Of a stretch of DNA of 32,000 nt, positions 1 through 7,361 are shown in pieces. The notes below the pieces were generated by a model, which saw only the letters and a list, made by a program, of their open reading frames with translations, ran no database searches and was not told the DNA's origin. How positions within the stretch are numbered: position 1 is the first letter of the stretch; the number at the start of each line of letters is the position of its first letter. Location: NCBI RefSeq assembly GCF_000341395.1, contig NC_020304.1:570001-602000 (forward strand), in the 5' to 3' direction. A program made the position numbers and the translations under genes. Origin of the DNA: Desulfocapsa sulfexigens DSM 10523. Its GTDB lineage: Bacteria; Desulfobacterota; Desulfobulbia; Desulfobulbales; Desulfocapsaceae.

Positions 1-89
1 TATGCACAATTTAAAACGACTTGTAAAGGATAATAATAACTGTTCTCCCTTTGCCTAGGATTGCATACACTGCTGTGATTTATTTGGGG

Positions 90-117
90 CAGCCGACAAA
101 ATCGGCTGAAGGTTTTA
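90..117 (+). terminator. Terminator-like hairpin, possibly for a + strand gene upstream of the window (convergent with rmuC)
   Basis: Perfect 7-bp stem CAGCCGA (90-96) / TCGGCTG (102-108) with loop caaaa, followed by AAGGTTTTA. The T-tract is short, and there is no T-tract in the minus orientation. Confidence 0.3.
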
Positions 118-141
118 CCCAGGCTATTCTGTTTAATAATA

Positions 142-1581
142 TTACGCAGGATCAGTATAAAGATCAGCATCATTCCTGATCGAAGCTGGAATAGATTTCT
201 TAACCTTTACTCCCATCTGAGGAAAATTTTCTACCCTGGAAATCAGATTACCACGCCCCCGACTTAACCGGGTCATGGCACTGTCATAACTACTCTGGAG
301 AGCATGCATCTGTTTTCCAATACGCTCCATATCTTCTGTAAATGAGCAGAATTTGTCATAGAGAGCTGCTGCCCGTTCAGCAATTTCTCTGGCATTCCTG
401 CTTTGCTTTTCATAATGCCAGATACTTTCGATTGTCCGAAGAGTGGTAAGCAATGTTGTGGGGCTGACAAGAATCACTTTTCGACTCATCGCCTCGGAAA
501 ACAGCGTTTCATCAGCTTTAAAAGCTGCGAGAAAAGCAGCTTCAATCGGCATGAACATCAAGACAAAATCAAGGGTCTGAATTTCTGCAAGTGACCCGTA
601 ATCTTTTTCTCCCAAAATCTTTACGTGCTCCTTTATGGCCTTCACATGATGACGAAGAAAAGTATCCTGTTCCTGCTCTTTATCGCTGTTAACATATTTT
701 TCCCAGGAGACCAGGGATACTTTAGAATCGATTATAATATCACGGCCATCTGGTAGGCGAACAATAACATCCGGCCTCTGAAACCGATTGGCTTCATCCC
801 GGAACACTGCCTGGGTTTCATACTCAATTCCCTTACGCAGGGCAGATTGTTCAAGAACCCTTTCCAGGACAATTTCACCCCATGTTCCCTGAACCTGTTT
901 ATTGCCCTTAAGAGCTTTGGTGAGGTTGTTAGCCTCATCACTCATCCGCTGGTTCAGGTTTCTCAGGGAGGTGATTTCGCGCTGTAAAGCTGCCCTGTCC
1001 CTGGTTTCATCGTGATGAACAGCATCTGCTTTTTGACGAAAAGACTTTAACTGTTCGTGAAAAGGGGACAGTAAGCCAGAGATCTTTTCCTGAGTCTCTC
1101 GTGAAAAATGAGCACTTTTCTCCTCCAGAATAGAGGCTGCAAGCTCGGAAAACTGCAAACGTAACTGTTCTCTGGCTCCGTCCAGGAGGTTTAACCTTTC
1201 TTCCGCATGGAGTTGTTCTTGCTCAATCCGTGTCTGCAGTCTGGCATTTTCACTGCGCTGCTTCGCTTCTTTCTCTTGCAATTCACTAATAATGCTTTGC
1301 TTGTGTCTCTTCTCCTCGATTAGCTGTTCACATTGGTGGCGAACATTCTCACACACCAGATCACTTGCTGCAATCCGATTCTCCGTTGCCTGTTTCTCGA
1401 ATTCGGCAATAAGCTGCTGCCTGCTGAGAAACCGTTCCTTTTGCTTCTGAAAAACGAGCCACAGAATAAAGGCAGTTGGCAGGAGGCCGCACAGAAAACT
1501 CCAGCTTCCAACGGCTAAGAGCTGAGTGAACTGGGATTGTTGCTGAAACCAGAGGACCAATTGGTCAAACGGGGAGATCAT
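142..1581 (-). CDS. rmuC: DNA recombination protein RmuC
   Basis: 479 aa with an ATG start. N-terminal hydrophobic segment, then ~200 aa of Q/E/R-rich coiled coil. Conserved RmuC core follows: GTWGEIVLERVLE ... RPDVIVRLPDGRDIIIDSK ... DFVLMFMPIEAAF (PD-(D/E)xK-like D...DSK). Confidence 0.85.
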   Translation of the reverse strand: MISPFDQLVLWFQQQSQFTQLLAVGSWSFLCGLLPTAFILWLVFQKQKERFLSRQQLIAEFEKQATENRIAASDLVCENVRHQCEQLIEEKRHKQSIISELQEKEAKQRSENARLQTRIEQEQLHAEERLNLLDGAREQLRLQFSELAASILEEKSAHFSRETQEKISGLLSPFHEQLKSFRQKADAVHHDETRDRAALQREITSLRNLNQRMSDEANNLTKALKGNKQVQGTWGEIVLERVLEQSALRKGIEYETQAVFRDEANRFQRPDVIVRLPDGRDIIIDSKVSLVSWEKYVNSDKEQEQDTFLRHHVKAIKEHVKILGEKDYGSLAEIQTLDFVLMFMPIEAAFLAAFKADETLFSEAMSRKVILVSPTTLLTTLRTIESIWHYEKQSRNAREIAERAAALYDKFCSFTEDMERIGKQMHALQSSYDSAMTRLSRGRGNLISRVENFPQMGVKVKKSIPASIRNDADLYTDPA

Positions 1582-1661
1582 GGATACTGACTCCCTTTTT
1601 ACGAATAGAACAGCTCTTGAACAAGAGCCAGGAGGTTGGTTTTCAGGAAATTCATGTTTTT

Positions 1662-2753
1662 CTAGTCATTAATTTCAAGGGGTACTATCCTTATAGTTGC
1701 CCTGTCAGCCTTTACTTCTTCCGGTTGCAATTCCCCAGTTGCAATTTTACTTTCTGTATCTTCAGTCGCCTCGGCAAATTTTCCGCCCTGGACTACAGGA
1801 TTCTGATCCTTTGGAGGTCCCCCAAGGAATACCGGACCACCCAGATAATAGAAAGCAACACCAACCCCAAGCGCTATAACAGCTGCAACAGGGATCAGTC
1901 CTCGCCACAGTTTTTTCCGGAGCCTTTGCTCTTTTTCTCCAGTATTGCCCCTCAGTACTTCCCGCCCCGCCTCCTCAACAATCCCGGCGGTAACAAGATA
2001 CTTTTGTTCCTCATATGTACCAAGCAGAGCTCGATCACATAACACGTTAATAAGACGGGGAATGCCGCTGCTGAGTTCAAAAACTCGAGCCATGGCACTC
2101 TGTGAAAAAATATCTTCCGCCTCTCCGGCCACAGTTAGACGATGCTTAATATAGGCTGAGGTGCTTTCTCTATCCAGGGGAAGAAGATGATACCTGGAGG
2201 TGATCCGTTGATTGAGCTCTTCCGCAGCTTCCTGCTTAAGAATCTGCCTCAGCTCTGTCTGTCCGAGAAGAATTACCTTCAACAAGTTTTTATGATCAGC
2301 TTCCAAAGTGATCAAAAGACGAAGCTGCTCCAATAAATCAAGGCTCAAATTCTGGGCCTCATCTATAAGTAGAGTAATATTTCGCCCCCGTTCCTGAGCG
2401 TCAATAAGGAAGCGATTGATCAGCCCGGCATAGGAGTCCACACTTTTTTCCACACCCTCAAGCTGAATATCTAACTCGAGACAGATAGCTTCGAGAAATT
2501 CAAGAACGGTCAAAAGTGGATTGTCAATCAAGGCAAGATCGGTATTTTCTGGAAGTTGTGCCAGAAGACAACGAGAGAGGGTGGTCTTTCCAGTACCCAC
2601 ATCTCCAGTGAGTAGGATAAAACAGCCGCCACTGCTAACCCCATACAAAAGGTGGGCCAAAGCCTCCCTATGCGACTCACTCATGTAAAGATAGCGAGGA
2701 TCAGGAGCAATGGAAAATGGTTTTTCTTTAAGCCCGAAATAGTTCCGATACAT
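1662..2753 (-). CDS. ExeA/MshM-family AAA+ ATPase with a C-terminal transmembrane anchor
   Basis: 363 aa. N-terminus MYRNYFGLKEKPFSIAPDPRYLY is typical of ExeA-like ATPases. Walker A GDVGTGKTT and Walker B LLIDEAQNL are present. A single TM (GLIPVAAVIALGVGVAFYYLGG) is followed by a ~60-aa acidic tail, with no recognisable peptidoglycan-binding domain. Confidence 0.75.
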   Translation of the reverse strand: MYRNYFGLKEKPFSIAPDPRYLYMSESHREALAHLLYGVSSGGCFILLTGDVGTGKTTLSRCLLAQLPENTDLALIDNPLLTVLEFLEAICLELDIQLEGVEKSVDSYAGLINRFLIDAQERGRNITLLIDEAQNLSLDLLEQLRLLITLEADHKNLLKVILLGQTELRQILKQEAAEELNQRITSRYHLLPLDRESTSAYIKHRLTVAGEAEDIFSQSAMARVFELSSGIPRLINVLCDRALLGTYEEQKYLVTAGIVEEAGREVLRGNTGEKEQRLRKKLWRGLIPVAAVIALGVGVAFYYLGGPVFLGGPPKDQNPVVQGGKFAEATEDTESKIATGELQPEEVKADRATIRIVPLEIND

Positions 2754-2945
2754 TGGCGTCCTGAAAAAAGTGAGCCAGGGGGATAAGGTGCAGTGGAGCC
2801 ACCCAGTGTTCCATATTGATATTATTCACAATAGATTACTATCATCCATGGCCAATGGACAAGGTTTTTCTTTTTTCATCTCAAAAACTGTGGGGGAGTA
2901 ATAAACTATTTTGCTTTTTCCAGGCGAGATAGCCGAAGGAGGCCC

Positions 2946-3314
2946 CTATTGCATTAAAGAGGAACTGGCAACCTGCTCTTCCAGTAATGTACGAAACTTT
3001 GGGGTAGGAGCAAGACTATACAGTTCAGCCAGACTCTGCTGCACGAACACCTCCAGAGAGAGACGTTCTCTTTCAGCCTGCTCCATAAGAATAATACCCT
3101 TTACAGCATCAAGCATCTCCAGGTCGTGCAGCAGGAGAACTGCCCAGAGGAGATGGCTGGAATCGGGATTACGTTTGGGATCGCTCTCCCAATAGACCGG
3201 CGGAAGACGAAGAAAAGCCAGTTTTTTGGTGACAGCAGCATGACATCTTCCGCGCAAAAGAGAGGGATCTGGCAGTTCCCCCTCTCTCAATTTAGCCACC
3301 ATCTCAGAAAACAT
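2946..3314 (-). CDS. Hypothetical protein, 122 aa, directly downstream of clpA
   Basis: ATG start 8 nt after the clpA stop. Helical, protein-like composition (LLWAVLLLHDLEMLDAVKGIILMEQAERERLSLEVF). The overlapping + strand ORFs (2911-3195, 3126-3341) are S/R/C-rich and look non-coding. No clear Shine-Dalgarno and no family recognised. Confidence 0.45.
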   Translation of the reverse strand: MFSEMVAKLREGELPDPSLLRGRCHAAVTKKLAFLRLPPVYWESDPKRNPDSSHLLWAVLLLHDLEMLDAVKGIILMEQAERERLSLEVFVQQSLAELYSLAPTPKFRTLLEEQVASSSLMQ

Positions 3315-3322
3315 ACACAGGA

Positions 3323-5593
3323 CTATTTTTCAAGCTTGTAGGTGAATGTCAGTTTTTTATCGCGTAGCCCGACGCTAACCAGACCACCTGAGACAAGCGT
3401 TCCAAAAAGGATTTCATCGGTAAGTACATCACCAATTTCCTTCAGGATCAAACGACGAAGAGGACGTGCCCCATATGCCGGTTCATAGCCGGTTTTTGCA
3501 AGCCAGTTTCGTGCTGCAGCCGTAAGACGGACTTCAACTTTTCGTTCGGCAAGCTGCGCCTGCAACTCAACCATCAGCTTGTCCACTACCTTTTCAACCG
3601 CTTTTGAATCAAGGGCCGAAAAGGAAATACTGGCATCCAATCGATTACGAAATTCCGGTGCAAAAAGATTCTTCAGCGCCTTCTGCTCACGCCCTTTGGT
3701 CTCGGCAACAAAACCGATAGGTGCTGCAGACATCTCTCTTGCCCCCGCATTAGTGGTCATGATAATAATGACATTGCGGAAATCTGCCTTCCTACCGGAA
3801 TTATCAGTGAGAGTTGAGTGATCCATCACCTGTAAAAGGATGGAAAAAATATCCGGATGAGCCTTCTCAATTTCATCAAGCAGCAATACGGAATAAGGAT
3901 GTTTACGAATAGCCTCGGTGAGCAGGCCACCCTGATCAAATCCCACATATCCGGGAGGCGATCCTATAAGCCTGGCCACGGCATGTTTTTCCATGTACTC
4001 ACTCATATCAAAGCGTTCGAAATGAATGGAAAGCTTAGCAGCAAGCTGCCTCGCGACCTCCGTCTTGCCCACTCCCGTTGGACCGGCAAAAAGAAAACTC
4101 CCGGTGGGACTATCGGGATTCCCAAGACCTGCCCGTGATCGTTTCACAGCGGTAACGACAGCATCAATTGCCGAATCCTGACCAAAAATGACTTTTTTCA
4201 TGGAGGCAGTAAGATCTTTCAGGGAACTCAGCTCAGCACTCGTTCCACTTTTTGCAGGAACCCGCGCCATGCGCGATACCACCTGTTCAACATCGCGAAC
4301 TTTGACCACCTTGCCCATCTTCCCAGCCATCCGAAAGGCCGAGCCGACTTCATCCAGAATATCAATCGCCTTATCTGGAAGAAAACGGTCGTTGATATAT
4401 CTGTCGGCAAGTTCGGCAGTTGCGGAAACAGCAGGCTTCGAATACCTGACCAGATGATGCTCCTCATAGCGAGACAATAATCCCTGCAGGATGCGTTTGG
4501 TCTCGTCAATCGTTGGCTCTTCAACATCAATCTTTTGAAATCTGCGGGACAGAGCCCGGTCTTTCTCTATATGATTTTTGTATTCTTCATAGGTGGTGGA
4601 TCCGATACAGCGAAGAGTTCCAGACTGTAGAGCAGGTTTCAACAGATTGGACGCATCCATGGAACCGCCGCTAGTGGCACCCGCGCCCACGATGGTATGC
4701 ATCTCATCGATAAAGAGGATGGCATTATCCTTGCGTTCAATTGCTGAGATAACCCCCTTAATCCTTTTCTCGAAATCACCGCGGTATTTGGTCCCTGCCA
4801 CCATGCTTCCCATATCAAGGAGGAATATTTCAACCCCCTGAAGCAGATCCGGCACCAGTGCCTTATGCCCCGATGCCCGCGCTTCGGTATCTTCATGAAC
4901 AAGAAGAGCCAGCCCTTCGGCAATGGCAGTCTTTCCAACGCCCGGTTCACCAACCAGCAAAGGATTGTTTTTTTTGCGGCGACAGAGCACCTGCATCATC
5001 CGATGCACTTCAGTTTTACGTCCAATAAGAGGATCAAGCTTTCCTTCCGCAGCAACCTGCGCATAGTTAACCGTAAACTCCTCAAGGATTTTTTCATCTT
5101 TATCAGCCTTTTTATCACCCGTGGTATTATCGGGCATACTCGGCAGTGGCTCTTTCTGCAAACCTTCCGGCAGAGAGTGAGAAATGAACTCCACCACGGA
5201 CATCCTGCCCAGGCCCTCAGAACCGAGAAAAAACACCGCATGGGACTCGGCTTCAGAAAAAATGGAGACCAGAACATCACCACTATCAACTTCTTTTTTT
5301 CCACAGCTCTGCACATGGGCAACAGCCCTCTGCAAAACACGGTTAAAAGCGACGGTCTGAGCAGGTTCACCCTGGACTCCTGCACTATGAATGGGAAGCT
5401 CTCCTGCAAAGAAAGATTCCAGGCGGTTTTTAAGGTTCTCGGTGGATCCTCCACATTCGCGGATAATATAATCTGCCAGTTCATCATAGAGCAGACCATA
5501 GAGCATATGTTCCACGGTAACATACTCATGATGATGTTCTTTTGCTTCACGTATAGCCCGTATCAGAGCTGTTTCCAGTGCTTTACTTATCAT
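3323..5593 (-). CDS. clpA: ATP-dependent Clp protease ATP-binding subunit ClpA
   Basis: N-terminal Clp_N repeat ([35 protein letters not shown]). Two AAA+ modules with Walker A GEPGVGKT and GPTGVGKT, and no ClpB-type middle domain. Start trimmed to the ATG at 5593, because the ORF-track start at 5626 is a TTG inside clpS. Confidence 0.9.
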   Translation of the reverse strand: MISKALETALIRAIREAKEHHHEYVTVEHMLYGLLYDELADYIIRECGGSTENLKNRLESFFAGELPIHSAGVQGEPAQTVAFNRVLQRAVAHVQSCGKKEVDSGDVLVSIFSEAESHAVFFLGSEGLGRMSVVEFISHSLPEGLQKEPLPSMPDNTTGDKKADKDEKILEEFTVNYAQVAAEGKLDPLIGRKTEVHRMMQVLCRRKKNNPLLVGEPGVGKTAIAEGLALLVHEDTEARASGHKALVPDLLQGVEIFLLDMGSMVAGTKYRGDFEKRIKGVISAIERKDNAILFIDEMHTIVGAGATSGGSMDASNLLKPALQSGTLRCIGSTTYEEYKNHIEKDRALSRRFQKIDVEEPTIDETKRILQGLLSRYEEHHLVRYSKPAVSATAELADRYINDRFLPDKAIDILDEVGSAFRMAGKMGKVVKVRDVEQVVSRMARVPAKSGTSAELSSLKDLTASMKKVIFGQDSAIDAVVTAVKRSRAGLGNPDSPTGSFLFAGPTGVGKTEVARQLAAKLSIHFERFDMSEYMEKHAVARLIGSPPGYVGFDQGGLLTEAIRKHPYSVLLLDEIEKAHPDIFSILLQVMDHSTLTDNSGRKADFRNVIIIMTTNAGAREMSAAPIGFVAETKGREQKALKNLFAPEFRNRLDASISFSALDSKAVEKVVDKLMVELQAQLAERKVEVRLTAAARNWLAKTGYEPAYGARPLRRLILKEIGDVLTDEILFGTLVSGGLVSVGLRDKKLTFTYKLEK

Positions 5594-5604
5594 AATAGTA
5601 CCAG

Positions 5605-5907
5605 TTAGACTTTTTCGATGCTGCAACGTAATGGAAATTCATTCTTCCGTGCAAGATCGTGAACTATAACCACCTTTGTCTCGCATATTTCAAGGGTATA
5701 CACTCCGGCAATACCAACACCCTCCTGATGCACATTCATCATGATTTTACTGGCTTCCGAGGTGTTCTTTCGAAAAACTCTCTCAAGAACAGCAACCACA
5801 AATTCCATGGAGGTATAATCATCGTTGTGCAACAGTACTTTATAGAGGGAAGGCTCCTGGATCTTACTGCGATCTCTTGTGGCCACCGATCCTTTCTTGT
5901 CACTCAT
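5605..5907 (-). CDS. clpS: ATP-dependent Clp protease adaptor ClpS
   Basis: 100 aa. Core YKVLLHNDDYTSMEFVVAVLERVF...A..IM..VH..G is the ClpS signature, and the gene lies directly upstream of clpA. Confidence 0.9.
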   Translation of the reverse strand: MSDKKGSVATRDRSKIQEPSLYKVLLHNDDYTSMEFVVAVLERVFRKNTSEASKIMMNVHQEGVGIAGVYTLEICETKVVIVHDLARKNEFPLRCSIEKV

Positions 5908-5962
5908 AGGGTATTTCTATTTTTTAAATTTTCTTTGTAACACACTATCCTTTCGTCATATT

Positions 5963-5991
5963 ACCATAGAAGATATGCTGTTATTTTTCAA
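5963..5991 (-). promoter_or_regulatory. Candidate sigma70-type promoter for clpS-clpA
   Basis: On the minus strand: TTGAAA (5991-5986), 17-nt spacer, TATGGT (5968-5963), ~55 nt upstream of the clpS ATG. Motif match only. Confidence 0.35.
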
Positions 5992-5993
5992 CT

Positions 5994-7361
5994 CTACTGT
6001 CTTTTCTGCTTGAGCATGGTTAAAAAAAGTTCCTCCAGGATAAGCTCTGGAGAAATTGGCGAACCCTTCAGGCGAAACTCTGCCTTGAGCAATAAAGCAA
6101 GCCAGCTTTTTAAGACCGCACAGGAAAATTCCTGTGCCTTACTAAATGACATAAACAGAGCGTAAGGATGGCCTTTCAGGAGATCAAGCCAGTCTCCACG
6201 TTCCTTCAATGCAGGAAGATAGACCTTTTGAAACTGTCCGGCGTTCATCCCGGAATGCCACAATGGTGCAGGTCCAAGCTGCAGGGATCTAAACACCAGC
6301 ATCTTCCGCAGGTAATTCCGCATGGTGGCAAGTATCGCCAAGCCATGCATTCCCTGATCAAGCAATCTGCGAAGAAGTACCAGAACACGGGCTGACTGAT
6401 GTTTCCCAAAAGCATCCGTCAACTCAAAGAGCGCGTCCTCACGGGTTCTCCCCACCATGGCATCCAAATCCTCCACGGTGATCAGTTCACGATCTCCAAC
6501 ATACAGGGCAAGTTTTTCAGTCTCCATGACCACGGCCACGGGGTGAAACCCCACCCGCTCCAAAAGACGTTCCAGAGCCTGGGGGACTATCTTCTTCTGA
6601 AAACCTGCAAGGCTCTTCCTCACCACTTCCTGCAGAATTTCCTTCTGTTCCTTTTGCGCGGCAACACCAACTCCCTCAACCACAGAACAGTCCACAACCA
6701 CGCCTTCCTTTTTTATAAAAGTAAATAGCTGTTTCCTTTTGTCAACGGCTTCGGCGCTAAGTAGCAGAATATTGTTCGGGGGAACGCCTTTTTTAAACAC
6801 CTCCACATAACGTGCAGCAATATCAGTAGCGCCTCCCCCCTTATTCGACGCCTCAGTCGTTGCAAGAAGTGCATCAGCCCAGGAAAGATCCCCGGCAGGT
6901 CTTGCAAAGCCAAAGAGTCCCTGCCACTGCCCCCCGCTCATTTCAGAAAGAAGTTCATCATGACCGAGACCGGCAAGAGATCTGAAAGAGAGGAGTTGTC
7001 TGCGACACGCCTTTTCGTTATTGGCTGACTTCGCCTGCTCCACCTTTGCCCAAACAGCAGATGCCACACTTTTAGAGTGAAACAACCTGCTGTCAGTCAC
7101 CCGAAAAATCTGGCAACCAGGAAGTAGAGTGAAATTCATTAACTGTCCAAGGGTTTTGCTGCTATCTTCATTGTCGCCATCAATACTGTTTACCGCCCCA
7201 CCCCCGGAATACGTCAAGAGACTTTTCTGAACACTGTCCGCAGCTTCGCGACAGAGAAAACGTTCTCCAAAAAAGATAAATATGTTTTTTAAGTCATCCA
7301 TCTTCCCCTGCTCGATTTTTTCCAGCAGGGCAGGAAGCTCTGTCCGTTTAATCAGTGCCAT
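5994..7361 (-). CDS. holA: DNA polymerase III delta subunit-like protein (HolA-like, unusually long)
   Basis: 455 aa. The N-terminal block IFIFFGERFLCREAADSVQ resembles LLLGNDPLLLQESQDAV of E. coli delta. The C-terminal block FELTDAFGKHQSARVLVLLRRLLDQGMHGLAILATMRNYLRKML resembles FHWVDALLMGK..RALHILQQLRLEGSEPVILLRTLQREL. The comparison is a manual alignment from memory, so confidence is moderate. Confidence 0.55.
   Translation of the reverse strand: MALIKRTELPALLEKIEQGKMDDLKNIFIFFGERFLCREAADSVQKSLLTYSGGGAVNSIDGDNEDSSKTLGQLMNFTLLPGCQIFRVTDSRLFHSKSVASAVWAKVEQAKSANNEKACRRQLLSFRSLAGLGHDELLSEMSGGQWQGLFGFARPAGDLSWADALLATTEASNKGGGATDIAARYVEVFKKGVPPNNILLLSAEAVDKRKQLFTFIKKEGVVVDCSVVEGVGVAAQKEQKEILQEVVRKSLAGFQKKIVPQALERLLERVGFHPVAVVMETEKLALYVGDRELITVEDLDAMVGRTREDALFELTDAFGKHQSARVLVLLRRLLDQGMHGLAILATMRNYLRKMLVFRSLQLGPAPLWHSGMNAGQFQKVYLPALKERGDWLDLLKGHPYALFMSFSKAQEFSCAVLKSWLALLLKAEFRLKGSPISPELILEELFLTMLKQKRQ

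Noticed and set aside
4865-5608. 247-aa + strand ORF (with several others at 3579-5550) overlapping clpA
   Set aside because: It is antisense to a confidently identified clpA and has S/R/F-rich, low-complexity composition. This is a typical shadow ORF of a long gene.
5594-5626. Longer clpA start (TTG at 5626) overlapping clpS by 22 nt
   Set aside because: The added residues (MQHRKSLTGTI) are not part of the conserved Clp_N start. The ATG at 5593 gives the canonical N-terminus.
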